Below, piece by piece: positions 15,001 to 29,980 of a DNA stretch of 64,000 nt (its first letter is position 1; every line of letters starts with the position of its first letter). The notes under the pieces are model-generated. The model made no database searches. It was not told where the DNA came from and worked only from the letters and a program-made list of their open reading frames with translations. The stretch is from the human T2T-CHM13v2.0 reference genome, Homo sapiens: the NCBI RefSeq assembly GCF_009914755.1, contig NC_060933.1; one strand, given 5' to 3'. Position numbers and translations under genes: made by a program.

Positions 15001-17400
15001 AATGGAATGGAATGGAACAACCCGAATGGAATGGAATGGAATGGAGAGTAAGGGAGTTGAATAGAATCAATCCGAATGTAATGGAATGGAATAGAACGGA
15101 ATGGAATGGAATGGAATGGAATGGAATGGAATGCAATGGAATTGAATCAACCTGAGTACAATGGAATGGAATGGAATGGAATGGAATGGAATGGAATGGA
15201 ATGGAATGGAATGATACGGAATAGAATGGAATGGAACGAAATGGAATGGAATGGAATGGAATGGAATGGAATGGAATGGAATCGTTCCGAGTGGAATAGG
15301 AGGGAATGTATTCGAGTGGAATGGAAAGGAATGGTATCAACCAGAGTGGAATGGAAGGGAATGGAATGGAATGGAAACTAATAGAATGGAATCAACCCGA
15401 GTGGAATGGAATGGAAAGGACTGGAATGGAATGGAATGGAATGGAATCAACTCGATTGTAATGGAATGGAATGGAATGGAATGGAATGGAATTAACCCGA
15501 ATAAAATGGAATGGAATGGAATGGAACGGAATGGCGTGAAATGGAATGGAATCAACCCGAGTGCAGGGGAATGGAATGGAATGGAATGCAATGGAATGGA
15601 ATCATCCGAAATGGAATGGAATGGAATGGAATGCAAAGCAATGGAATCAACTCGATTGCAATGGAATGGAATGGAATGGAAAGGAATACATTGGAATCAA
15701 CCCGAGTGGAATGGAATGGAAAGACTGGAATGGAGTGGAATGGAATGGAATGGAATGGAATGGAATCAACTCGATTGGAATGGAATGGAATGGAATGGAA
15801 TGGAATTAACCCGAATAGAATGGAATGGAATGGAATGGAACGGAACGGAATGGAATGGAATGGAATGGAATGGAATGGAATGGAATGGAATCAACCCGAC
15901 TGCAGGGGAATGGAATGGAATGGAATGCAATGGAATGGATTCAACTTGAATGGAATGGAAAGAATGGAATCAACACGAGTGGAATGGCATGGATTGGAAT
16001 GGAATGCAATGGAATCAACCCGAGTACAGGGGAATGGAATTGAATGGAATGCAATGGAATGGAATCATCCGTAATGGAATGGAATGGAAAGGAATGGAAT
16101 GGAATGGAATGGAATGGAATAGAATGGAATGGAATCAACTCGATTGCAATCGAATGGAATGGAATGGAATTAACCCGAATAGAATGGAATGGAATGGAAT
16201 GGAACGGAACGGAACGGAATGGAATGGATTGGAATGCAATGGAATGGAATGGAATGGAACGGAAAGGAATGGAATGGAATGGAATGGAATGGAATGGAAT
16301 GGAATGGAATCAACGCGAGTGCAGGGGAATGGAATGGAATGGAATGCAATGGAATGGAATCCTCCGGAATGGAATGGAATTGAATGGAACGGAATGGAAT
16401 AAACCCGAGTGCAATGGAATGGAGTGGAATGGAATGGAATGGAATGGAACAACCCGAATGGAATGGAATGTAACGGAGAGTAAGGGAGTTGAATAGAATC
16501 AATCCAAATGTAATGGAATGGAATGGAACGGAATGGAATTGAATGGAATGGAATGGAATGCAATGGAATGGAATCAACCCGAGTGCAATGGAATGGAGAG
16601 GAATGGAATGGAATGGAATGGAAACTACCCTAATGGAATGGAATGTAATGGAGTGTAAGGGAATTGAATAGAATCAATCCGAATGTAATGGAATGGAATG
16701 GAAGGGAATGGAATGGAATGGAATGGAATGGAATGGAATGGAATGGAATGCAATGGAATGGAATCATCCGGAATGGAATGGAATGGAATGGAATGCAAAG
16801 CAATGGAATCAACTCGATTGCAATGGAATGGAATGGAATGGAAAGGAATACATTGGAATCAACCCGAGTGGAATGGAATGGAAAGGACTGGAATGGAGTG
16901 GAATGGAATGGAATGGAATGGAATGGAATCAACTCGACTGGAATGGAATGCAATGGAATGGAATGGAATTAACCCGAATAGAATGGAATGGAATGGAATG
17001 GAACGGAACGGAACGGAACGGAATGGAATGGAATGGAATGGAATGGAATGGAATGGAATCAACCCGACTGCAGGGGAATGGAATGGAATGGAATGCAATG
17101 GAATGGATTCAACTTGAATGGAATGGAAAGAATGGAATCAACACGAGTGGAATGGCATGGAATGGACTGGAATGGAATGGAATGGAATGGAATGGTACGG
17201 AATAGAATGGAAAGGAACGAAATGGAATGGAATGAAATGGAATGGAATGGAATGGAATGGAATGGAATGGAATGGAATGGAATCAACCCGAGTGCAGGGG
17301 AATGGAATGGAATTGAAGGCAATGGAATGGAATCATCCGGAATTGAATGGAATGGAATGGAATCAACTCGATTGCAATGGAATGGAATGGAATGGAATGG
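9022..17400 (+). repeat. Domain A higher-order unit, copy 2 (~8342 bp)
   Basis: Colinear with 665-9021. Similarity ends just after CAACTCGATTGCAATG at 17364, where a different sequence (ATTATCCCG) follows. Confidence 0.93.
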
Positions 17401-20400
17401 AATGGAATGGAATGGAATGGAATGGAATGGAATTATCCCGAATAGAATGGAATGGAATGGAATCAACTCGATTGCAATGGAATGGAAAGAATTGGAATGG
17501 AATGGAATGGAATGGAATGGAATGGAATGGAATTAACCCGAATAGAATGGAATGGAATGGAATGGAAGTAAATGGAATGGAAGGTAATGAACCCGAGTGC
17601 AGGGGAATGGAATGGAATGGAATGCAATGAAATGGAGTCATCCGGAATGGAATGGAAAGGAATGGAATGGAACCAACCCGTGTGCAATGGAATTGAAAGG
17701 AATGGAATGGAATGGAATGGAATGGAATGGAATGGAATGGAATGGAATGGATTCAACCCGAATGGAATGGAAAGGAAGGGAATCAACCCAAGTGGAATGG
17801 CATGGAATGGAATGGATTGGAATGGAATGGAATGGTACCGAATGGAATGGAATGGAATGGTACCGAATAGAATGGAATGGAACGAAATGGAATGGAATGG
17901 AATGGAATGGAATGGAATGGAGTGAACACGTGTGCAATGGATTGGAATGGAATGGAATGGAATGGAATGGAATGGAATGGGTTCGACTCGAATGGAACGG
18001 AATGTAATGAAATCAACCCGAGTGGAATGGCATGGAATGGAATGGAATGGAATGGAATGGAATGGAATGGAAACAACACGAGTGCAATGTAATGGAATCG
18101 AATGGAATGGAATGCAATGGATTCAACCCGAATGGAATGGAAACGAATGGAATAAAACCGAGTGGAATGGCATGGAATGGAGTCTAATGGAATGGAATGG
18201 AATGGAATGGTATGGAATAGAATGGAATGGAACGAAATGGAATGGAATGGAATGGAATGAAATGAACCCGTGTGCAATGGAATGGAATGGAATGGAATGG
18301 AATGGAATGGATTCAACTCGAATGGAATGGAAAGGAATGGAATCAACCCGAGTGGAATGGCATGGAATGGAATGGAATGGAATGGAATTAACCCTAATAG
18401 AATGGAATGGAATGGAATGGAATGGAATGGAATGGAATGGAATGGAAGGAAATGGAATGGAATGGAATGGAATGGAATGGAATGGAATGGAAAGGAATGG
18501 TACGGAATAGAATGGAATGGAACGAAATGCAATGGAATGGAATGGAATGGGATGGAATGGAATGGAATGGAATCAACCCGAGTGCAGGGGAATGGAATGG
18601 AATGGAAGGCAATGGAATGACATCATTCGGAATTGAATGGAATGGAATGGAATGGAATGGAATCAACTCGATTGGAATGGAATGGAATGGAATGGAATGG
18701 AATAGAATGGAATGGAATGGAAGCGAATGGAATGGAATGTAATGAAACCGAGTGCAGGGGAATGGAATGGAATGGAATGCAATGGAATGGAGTCATCCGG
18801 AATGGAACGGAATGGAATGGAATGGAATCAACCCGAGTGCAATGGAATGGAATGGAATGGAAAGGAATGGAATGGAATGGACTCAACCCGAATGGAATTG
18901 AAAGGAATGGAATCAACCCGAGAGGAATGGCATGGAATGGAATGGAATGGAATGGAGTGGAATGGTACAGAATAGAATGTAATGGAACGAAATGGAATGG
19001 AATGGAATGGAATGGAATGGAATCATTCCGAGTGGAATAGAAGGGAATGTTTTCGAGTGGAATGAAAAGGAATGGAATCAACCAGAGTGGAATGGAATGG
19101 AATCGAGTGGAATGGAATGCAATCGAATGGAATGGAAAGGAATAGAATGGAATCAACCCGAGTGGAATGGAATGGAAAGGACTGGAATGGAATGGAATGG
19201 AATGCAATGGAATCAACTCGATTGCAATGAAATGGAATGGAATGGAATGGAATGGAATGGAATTAACCGGAATAGAATGGAATTGAATGGAATGGAAAGG
19301 AATGGAATGGAATAGAATGGAATGGAATGGATTCAACTCGAATGGAATGGAAAGGAATGGAATCAACCCGAGTGGAATGGCATGGAACGGAATGGAATGG
19401 AATGGAATGGAATGGAATTAACCCTAATAGAATGGAATGGAATGGAATGGAATGGAATGGAATGGAAGGAAATGGAATGGAATGGAATGGAATGGAATGG
19501 AATGGAATGGAATGGAAGGAAATGGAATGGAATGGAATGGAATGGAATGGAATGGAATGGAATGGAATGGAATGGAAGGAAATGGAATGGAATGGAATGG
19601 AATGGAATGGAATGGAATGGTACGGAATAGAATGGAATGGAACGAAATGGAATGGAATGGAATGGAATGGAATGGAATGGAATGGAATGGAAGTGAATGG
19701 AATGGAATGTAATGAAACCGAGTGCAGGGGAATGGAATGGAATGGAATGCAATGGAATGGAGTCATCCGGAATGGAACGGAATGGAATGGAATGGAATCA
19801 ACCCGAGTGCAATGGAATGGAATGGAATGGAAAGGAATGGAATGGAATGGATTCAACCCGAATGGAATGGAAAGGAATGGAATCAACCCGAGAGGAATGG
19901 CATGGAATGGAATGGAATGGAATGGAGTGGAATGGTACGGAATAGAATGTAATGGAACGAAACGGAATGGAATGGAATGGAATGGAATGGAATGGAATGG
20001 AATCATTCCGAGTGGAATAGAAGGGAATGTTTTCGAGTGGAATGAAAAGGAATGGTATCAACCAGAGTGGAATGGAATGGAATCGAATGGAATGGAAAGG
20101 AATAGAATGGAATCAACCCGAGTGGAATGGAATGGAAAGGACTGGAATGGAATGGAATGGAATGCAATGGAATCAACTCGATTGCAATGAAATGTAATGT
20201 AATGGAATGGAATGGAATGGAATGGAATGGAATGGAATGGAATAGAATGGAAAGGAATCACTCCAAGTGCAGGGGAATTTAATGGAATGGAATGCAGTGG
20301 AATGGAATCATCCGGAATGGAATGGAATGGAATGGAATGGAACGGAATGGAATGGAATCAACTCGAATTCAATGGAATGGAAAGGAATGGAATGGAATGG

Positions 20401-23400
20401 AATGCAATGGAATCGTACGGAATAGAATGGAATGGAACGAAATGGAATGTAATGGAATGGACTGGAATGGAATGGAATGGAATGGAACGGAATGGAATGG
20501 AATGAACCCGCGTGCAATGGAATGGAACGGAATGGAATGGAATGGAATGGAATGGAATGGAATGGGTTCAAATCGAATGGAATGGAAAGCAATGGAATCA
20601 ACACGAGTGGAATGGCATGGAATGGAATGGAATTGAATGAAATGGAATGGAATGGAATGGAATGAAATGTAATGGAATGGAAAGGAATGGAATCAACACG
20701 AGTGGAATGGCATGGAATGGAATGGAATTGAATGAAATGGAATGGAATGGAATGGAATGAAATGTAATGGAATGGAATGGATTGGAATCAACCCGAGTGC
20801 AATGTAATGGAATCGAATGGAATGGAATGGAATGGATTCAACCCGAATGGAATTAAAAGGAATGGAATATACCCGAGTGGAATGGCATGGAATGGAGTGG
20901 AATGGAATGGAATGGAATGGAATGGAATGGTACGGAATAGAATGGAATGTAACGAAATGGAATGTAAGGGAATGGAATGGAATGGAATGGAATGAACCCG
21001 TGTGCAATGGAATGGAATGGAATGGAATGGAATGGAATGGATTCAACTCTAATGGAATGGAAGGGAATGGAATCAACGCGAGTGGAATGGCATGGAATGG
21101 AATGGAATGGAATGGAATGGAAGTAAATGGAATGGAATGGAATGAACCCGAGTGCAGGGGAATGGAATGGAATGGAATGGAATGGAATGGAATGGAATGG
21201 AATTGAATGGAATGGAATGGAATGCAGTGGAATGGAATCAAACCTAGTGCAATTGAATGGAATGGAATGGAATGGAATGGAATGGAATGGATTCAACCCA
21301 AATGGAATGGAAAGCAATGGAATCAACCCGAGTGGAATGGCATGGAATGGAATGGAATGGAATGTAATGGAATGGAATGGAATGGAATGGAATGGAATGG
21401 TACGGAATAAAATGGAATGGAACGAAATGGAATGGAATGGAACGGAATAGAATGGAATCATTCCGAGTGGAATAGAAGGGAATGAATTCGAGTGGAATGG
21501 AAAGGAATGGAATCAACCAGAGTGGAATGGAAGGGAATGGAATGGAATGGAAACTAATAAAATGGAATCAACACGAGTGGAATGGAATGGAAAGGACTTG
21601 AATGGAATGGAATGGAATGGAATGGAATCAAGTCGATTGCAATGGAATGTAATGGAATGGAGTGGAATGGAATTAACGCGAATAGAATGGAATGGAATGG
21701 AATGGAATGGAATGGAATGGAATGGAATGGAATGGAATGGAATCAACCTGAGTGCAGGGGAATAGAATGCAATGGAATGCAATGGAATGGAATGGAATGG
21801 AATGGAATCAACGCGAGTGCAGGGGAATGGAATGTAATGGAATGCAATGGAATGGAATCTTCCGGAATGGAATGGAATGGAATGGAATCAACCCGAGTGC
21901 AATGGAATGGAGTGGAATGGAATGGAATGGAATTGAACAACCCGAATGCAATCGAATGTAATGGAGAGTAAGGGAGTTGAATAGAATCAATCCGAATGTA
22001 ATGGAATGGAATGGAACGGAATGGAATTGAATGGTATGGAATGGAATGCAATGGAATGGAATCAACCCGAGTGCAATGGAATGGAGAGGAATGGAATGGA
22101 AACTACCCGAATGGAATGGAATGTAATGGAGTGTAAGGGAATTGAATAGAATCAATCTGAATGTAATGAAATGGAATGGAACGGAAAGGAATGGAATGGA
22201 ATGGAATGGAATGGAATGCAATGGAATGGAATCAACCCGAGTGCAATCGAATGGAATCGAATGTAATGGAATGCAATGGAATGGATTCAACTTGAATGGA
22301 ATGGAAAGAATGGAATCAATACGAGTGGAATGGCATGGATTGGAATGGAATGGAATGGAATCAACCCGAGTACAGGGGAATGGAATGGAATGGAATGCAA
22401 TGGAATGGAATCATCCGTAATGTAATGGAAAGGAATGGAATGGAATGGAATGGAATGGAATGGAATGGAATGGAATCAACTCGATTGCAATCGAATGGAA
22501 TGGAATGGAATTAACCCAAATAGAATGGAATGGAATGGAATGGAATGGAACGGAAAGGAATGGAATGGAATGGAATGGAATAGAATGGAATGGAACGGAA
22601 CGGAATGGAACGGAATGGAATGGAATGGAATGGAATGGAATGGAATGGAATGGAATCAACGCGAGTGCAGGGGAATGGAATGGAATGGAATGCAATGGAA
22701 TGGAATCTTCCGGAATGGAATGGAATGGAATGGAATGGCATGAAATGCAATGGATTCAACTCGATTGCAATGGAATGGAATAGAATGGAATGGAATGGAA
22801 TGGAATGGAATTAACCCGAATAGAATGGAATGGAATGGAATGGAACGGAATGGAACGGAATGGAATGGAATGGAATGGAATGGAATGGAATGGAATGGTA
22901 TGGAGTGGAATGCAATGGAATCAACACGAGTGCAGTGTAATGGAATCGAATGGAATGGAATGGAATGGAATGGATTCAACACGAATGGAATGGAAAGGAA
23001 TGGAATAAACCCGCGTGGAATGGCATGGAATGGAGTGGAATGGAATGGAATGGAATGGAATGGAATCAACCCGAGTGCAACGTAATGGAATGGAATGGAA
23101 TGGAATGGAATGGAATGGATTCAACCCGAATGGAATGGAAAGGAATGGAATAATCCCGAGTGGAATGGCATGAAGTGGAGTGGAATGGAATGGAATGGAA
23201 TGGAATGGAATGGTACGGAATAGAATGGAATGGAACGAAATGGAATGGAATGGAATGGAATGGAATGGAATGGAATGGAATGGAATGGAATGAACCCGTG
23301 TGCAATGGAATGGAATCGAATGGAATGGAATGGATTGGAATGGATTCAACTCGAATGGAATGGAAAGGAATGGAATCAACCCGAGTGGAATGGCATGGAA

Positions 23401-23440
23401 TGGAATGGAATGGAATGGAATGGAATGGAATGGAATGGAA
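17190..23440 (+). repeat. Domain B higher-order unit, copy 1 (~6.1-6.2 kb)
   Basis: B-specific markers: GAAGGTAATGAACCCG ~17580, TGACATCATTCGG 18618, TCACTCCAAG 20258, TCAAACCTAG 21238. Boundaries approximate. Confidence 0.88.
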
Positions 23441-26400
23441 TGGTACGGAATAGAATGGAAAGGAACGAAATGGAATGGAATGAAATGGAATGGAATGGAA
23501 TGGAATGGAATGGAATGGAATCAACCCGAGTGCAGGGGAATGGAATGGAATTGAAGGCAATGGAATGGAATCATCCGGAATTGAATGGAATGGAATGGAA
23601 TCAACTCGATTGCAATGGAATGGAATGGAATGGAATGGAATGGAATGGAATGGAATGGAATGGAATGGAATGGAATTAACCAGAATAGAATGGAATGGAA
23701 TGGAATGGAAGTAAATGGAATGGAAGGTAATGAACCCGAGTGCAGGGGAATGGAATGGAATGGAATGCAATGAAATGGAGTCATCCGGAATGGAACGGAA
23801 AGGAATGGAATGGAACCAACCCGTGTGCAATGGAATTGAAAGGAATGGAATGGAATGGAATGGAATGGAATGGAATGGAATGGAATGGATTCAACCCGAA
23901 TGGAATGGAAAGGAAGGGAATCAACCCAAGTGGAATGGCATGGAATGGAATGGATTGGAATGGAATGGAATGGTACCGAATGGAATGGAATGGAATGGTA
24001 CCGAATAGAATGGAATGGAACGAAATGGAACGGAATGGAATGGAATGGAATGGAATGGAGTGAACACGTGTGCAATGGATTGGAATGGAATGGAATGGAA
24101 TGGAATGGAATGGAATGGGTTCGACTCGAATGGAACGGAATGTAATGAAATCAACCCGAGTGGAATGGCATGGAATGGAATGGAATGGAATGGAATGGAA
24201 ACAACACGAGTGCAATGTAATGGAATCGAATGGAATGGAATGCAATGGATTCAACCCGAATGGAATGGAAACGAATGGAATAAAACCGAGTGGAATGGCA
24301 TGGAATGGAGTCTAATGGAATGGAATGGAATGGAATGGTATGGAATAGAATGGAATGGAACGAAATGGAATGGAATGGAATGGAATGAAATGAACCCGTG
24401 TGCAATGGAATGGAATGGAATGGAATGGAATGGAATGGATTCAACTCGAATGGAATGGAAAGGAATGGAATCAACCCGAGTGGAATGGCATGGAATGGAA
24501 TGGAATGGAATGGAATTAACCCTAATAGAATGGAATGGAATGGAATGGAATGGAATGGAATGGAATGGAATGGAAGGAAATGGAATGGAATGGAATGGAA
24601 TGGAATGGAATGGAATGGAATGGTACGGAATAGAATGGAATGGAACGAAATGGAATGGAATGGAATGGAATGGGATGGAATGGAATGGAATGGAATCAAC
24701 CCGAGTGCAGGGGAATGGAATGGAATGGAAGGCAATGGAATGACATCATTCGGAATTGAATGGAATGGAATGGAATGGAATGGAATCAACGCGAGTGCAG
24801 GGGAATGAAATGGAATGGAATGCAATGGAATGGAATCTTCCGGAATGGAATGGAATGGAATGGAATAGAATGGAATGGAAAGGAATGGAATGGAATCAAC
24901 CCGAGTACAGGGGAATGGAATGGAATGTAATGTAATGGAATGGAATCATCCGTAATGGAATGGAAAGCAATGGAATGGAATGGAATGGAATGGAATGGAA
25001 TGGAATCAACTGGATTGCAATCGAATGGAATGGAATGGAATTAACCCGAATAGAATGGAATGGAATGGAACGGAACGGAACGGAATGGAATGGAATGGAA
25101 TGGAACGGAACGGAATAGAATGGAATGGAATGGAATGGAATGGAATGGAATCAACGCGAGTGCAGGGGAATGGAATGGAATGGAATGCAGTGGAATGGAA
25201 TCTTCCGGAATGGAATGGAATGGAATGCAATGGATTCAACTCGATTGCAATGGAATGGAATAGAATGGAATGGAATGGAATGGAATGTAATTAACCCGAA
25301 TAAAATGGAATGGAATGGAATGGAACGGAACGGAACGGAACGGAACGGAATGGAATGGAATGGAATGGAATGGAATGGTATGGAATGGAATGGAATGGTA
25401 CGGAATAGAATGGAATGGAAAGAATTGGAATGGAATGGAATCGAATGGAATGGAATGGAATGGAATGGAATCAACCCGAGTGCAAGGGAATGTAATGGAA
25501 CGCAATGTAATGGAATGGAATCATCCGGAATGGAATGGAATGGAATGGAATGGAATGGAATGGAATGGAATGGAACCAACTCGATTGTGATGGAATGGAA
25601 TGGAATGGAATGGAATGGAATGGAATGGAATTAACCCGAATACAACGGAATGGAATGGAATGGAACGGAATGGAGCGGAATGGAATGGAATCAACCCGAG
25701 TGCAGGGGAATGGAATGGAATGGAATGCAATGGAATGGAATCATCCGGAATGGAATGGAATGGAATGGAATGCAAAGCAATGGAATCAACTCGATTGCAA
25801 TGGAATGGAATGGAATGGAAAGGAATACATTGGAATCAACCCGAGTGGAATGGAATGGAAAGGACTGGAATGGAGTGGAATGGAATGGAATGGAATGGAA
25901 TGGAATCAACTCGATTGGAATGGAATGGAATGGAATGGAATGGAATGGAATGGAATGGAATGGAATTAACCCGAATAGAATGGAATGGAATGGAATGGAA
26001 CGGAACGGAATGGAATGGAATGGAATGGAATGGAATGGAATGGAATGGAAACAACCCGACTGCAGGGGAATGGATTCAACCCAAATGGAATGGAAAGCAA
26101 TGGAATCAACCCGAGTGGAATGGCATGGAATGGAATGGAATGGAATGGAATGGAATGGAATGGTACGGAATAGAATGGAATGGAACGAAATGGAATGGAA
26201 TGGAATGGAATGGAAATTAATGGAATGGAATGGAATGGAATGGAAGTGAATGGAATGGAATGTAATGAAACCGAGTGCAGGGGAATGGAATGGAATGGAA
26301 TGCAATGGAATGGAGTCATCCGGAATGGAACGGAATGGAATGGAATGGAATCAACCCGAGTGCAATGGAATGGAATGGAATGGAAAGGAATGGAATGGAA

Positions 26401-29400
26401 TGGATTCAACCCGAATGCAATGGAAAGGAATGGAATCAACCCGAGAGGAATGGCATGGAATGGAATGGAATGGAATGGAATGGAGTGGAATGGTACGGAA
26501 TAGAATGTAATGGAACGAAACGGAATGGAATGGAATGGAATGGAATGGAATGGAATGGAATGGAATCATTCCGAGTGGAATAGAAGGGAATGTTTTCGAG
26601 TGGAATGAAAAGGAATGGTATCAACCAGAGTGGAATGGAATGGAATCGAATGGAATGGAAAGGAATAGAATGGAATCAACCCGAGTGGAATGGAATGGAA
26701 AGGACTGGAATGGAATGGAATGGAATGCAATGGAATCAACTCGATTGCAATGAAATGGAATGGAATGGAATGGAATGGAATGGAATGGAATGGAATAGAA
26801 TGGAAAGGAATCACTCCAAGTGCAGGGGAATTTAATGGAATGGAATGCAGTGGAACGGAATCATCCGGAATGGAATGGAATGGAACGGAATGGAATGGAA
26901 TCAACTCGAATTCAATGGAATGGAAAGGAATGGAATGGAATGGAATGCAATGGAATCGTACGGAATAGAATGGAATGGAACGAAATGGAATGTAATGGAA
27001 TGGAATGGAATGGAATGGAATGGAATGGAATGGAACGGAATGAAATGGAATGAACCCGCGTGCAATGGAATGGAACGGAATGGAATGGAATGGAATGGAA
27101 TGGAATGGAATGGGTTCAACTCGAATGGAATGGAAAGGAATGGAATCAACACGAGTGGAATGGCATGGAATGGAATGGAATTGAATGAAATGGAATGGAA
27201 TGGAACGGAATGAAATGTTATGGAATGGAAAGGAATGGAATCAACACGAGTGGAATGGCATGGAATGGAATGGAATTGAATGAAATGGAATGGAATGGAA
27301 TGGAATGAAATGTAATGGAATGGAATGGAATGGAATCAACCCGAGTGCAATGTAATGGAATCGAATGGAATGGAATGGAATGGATTCAACCCGAATGGAA
27401 TTAAAAGGAATGGAATATACCCGAGTGGAATGGCATGGAATGGAGTGGAATGGAATGGAATGGAATGGAATGGAATGGTACGGAATAGAATGGAATGTAA
27501 CGAAATAGAATGTAAGGGAATGGAATGGAATGGAATGGAATGAACCCGTGTGCAATGGAATGGAATGGAATGGAATGGAATGGAATGGAATGGAATGGAT
27601 TCAACTCTAATGGAATGGAAGGGAATGGAATCAACGCGAGTGGAATGGCATGGAATGGAATGGAATGGAATGGAATGGAATGGAAGTAAATGGAATGGAA
27701 TGGAATGAACCCGAGTGCAGGGGAATGGAATGGAATGGAATGGAATGGAATGGAATGGAATTGAATGGAATGGAATGGAATGCAGTGGAATGGAATCAAA
27801 CCTAGTGCAATTGAATGGAATGGAATGGAATGGAATGGAATGGAATGGAATGGATTCAACCCAAATGGAATGGAAAGCAATGGAATCAACCCGAGTGGAA
27901 TGGCATGGAATGGAATGGAATGGAATGTAATGGAATGGAATGGAATGGAATGGAATGGAATGGTACGGAATAAAATGGAATGGAACGAAATGGAATGGAA
28001 TGGAACGGAATAGAATGGAATCATTCCGAGTGGAATAGAAGGGAATGAATTCGAGTGGAATGGAAAGGAATGGAATCAACCAGAGTGGAATGGAAGGGAA
28101 TGGAATGGAATGGAAACTAATAAAATGGAATCAACACGAGTGGAATGGAATGGAAAGGACTTGAATGGAATGGAATGGAATGGAATGGAATCAAGTCGAT
28201 TGCAATGGAATGTAATGGAATGGAGTGGAATGGAATTAACGCGAATAGAATGGAATGGAATGGAATGGAATGGAATGGAATGGAATGGAATGGAATCAAC
28301 CTGAGTGCAGGGGAATGGAATGCAATGGAATGCAATGGAATGGAATGGAATGGAATGGAATCAACGCGAGTGCAGGGGAATGGAATGTAATGGAATGCAA
28401 TGGAATGGAATCTTCCGGAATGGAATGGAATGGAATGGAATCAACCCGAGTGCAATGGAATGGAGTGGAATGGAATGGAATGGAATTGAACAACCCGAAT
28501 GCAATCGAATGTAATGGAGAGTAAGGGAGTTGAATAGAATCAATCCGAATGTAATGGAATGGAATGGAACGGAATGGAATTGAATGGTATGGAATGGAAT
28601 GCAATGGAATGGAATCAACCCGAGTGCAATGGAATGGAGAGGAATGGAATGGAAACTACCCGAATGGAATGGAATGTAATGGAGTGTAAGGGAATTGAAT
28701 AGAATCAATCCGAATGTAATGGAATGGAATGGAACGGAATGGAATGGAATGGAATGGAATGGAATGGAATGGAATGGAATACAATGGAATGGAATCAACC
28801 CGAGTGCAATCGAATGGAATCGAATGTAATGGAATGCAATGGAATGGATTCAACTTGAATGGAAAGGAAAGAATGGAATCAATACGAGTGGAATGGCATG
28901 GATTGGAATGGAATGGAATGGAATCAACCCGAGTACAGGGGAATGGAATGGAATGGAATGCAATGGAATGGAATCATCCGTAATGTAATGGAAAGGAATG
29001 GAATGGAATGGAATGGAATGGAATGGAATGGAATGGAATCAACTCGATTGCAGTCGAATGGAATGGAATGGAATTAACCCAAATAGAATGGAATGGAATG
29101 GAATGGAATGGAACGGAAAGGAATGGAATGGAATGGAATGGAATAGAATGGAATGGAACGGAACGGAATGGAACGGAATGGAATGGAATGGAATGGAATG
29201 GAATGGAATGGAATGGAATCAACGCGAGTGCAGGGGAATGGAATGGAATGGAATGCAATGGAATGGAATCTTCCGGAATGGAATGGAATGGAATGGAATG
29301 GCATGAAATGCAATGGATTCAACTCGATTGCAATGGAATGGAATAGAATGGAATGGAATGGAATGGAATGGAATTAACCCGAATAGAATGGAATGGAATG

Positions 29401-29980
29401 GAATGGAACGGAATGGAACGGAATGGAATGGAATGGAATGGAATGGAATGGTATGGAGTGGAATGGAATGGAATCAACACGAGTGCAGTGTAATGGAATC
29501 GAATGGAATGGAATGGAATGGAATGGATTCAACACGAATGGAATGGAAAGGAATGGAATAAACCCGCGTGGAATGGCATGGAATGGAGTGGAATGGAATG
29601 GAATGGAATGGAATGGAATCAACCCGAGTGCAATGTAATGGAATCGAATGGAATGGAATGGAATGGAATGGAATGGATTCAACCCGAATGGAATGGAAAG
29701 GAATGGAATAATCCCGAGTGGAATGGCATGAAGTGGAGTGGAATGGAATGGAATGGAATGGAATGGAATGGTACGGAATAGAATGGAATGGAACGAAATG
29801 GAATGGAATGGAATGGAATGGAATAGAATGGAATGAACCCGTGTGCAATGGAATGGAATCGAATGGAATGGAATGGATTGGAATGGATTCAACTCGAATG
29901 GAATGGAAAGGAATGGAATCAACCCGAGTGGAATGGCATGGAATGGAATGGAATGGAATGGAATGGAATGGAATGGAATG
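23441..29980 (+). repeat. Domain B unit, copy 2 (~6.55 kb, with internal A-type replacement)
   Basis: Markers TGACATC 24741, TCACTCCAAG 26811, TCAAACCTAG 27796. Homologous ORF starts at 17597/23740/30293/36443 give spacings 6143, 6553, 6150. Confidence 0.88.
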
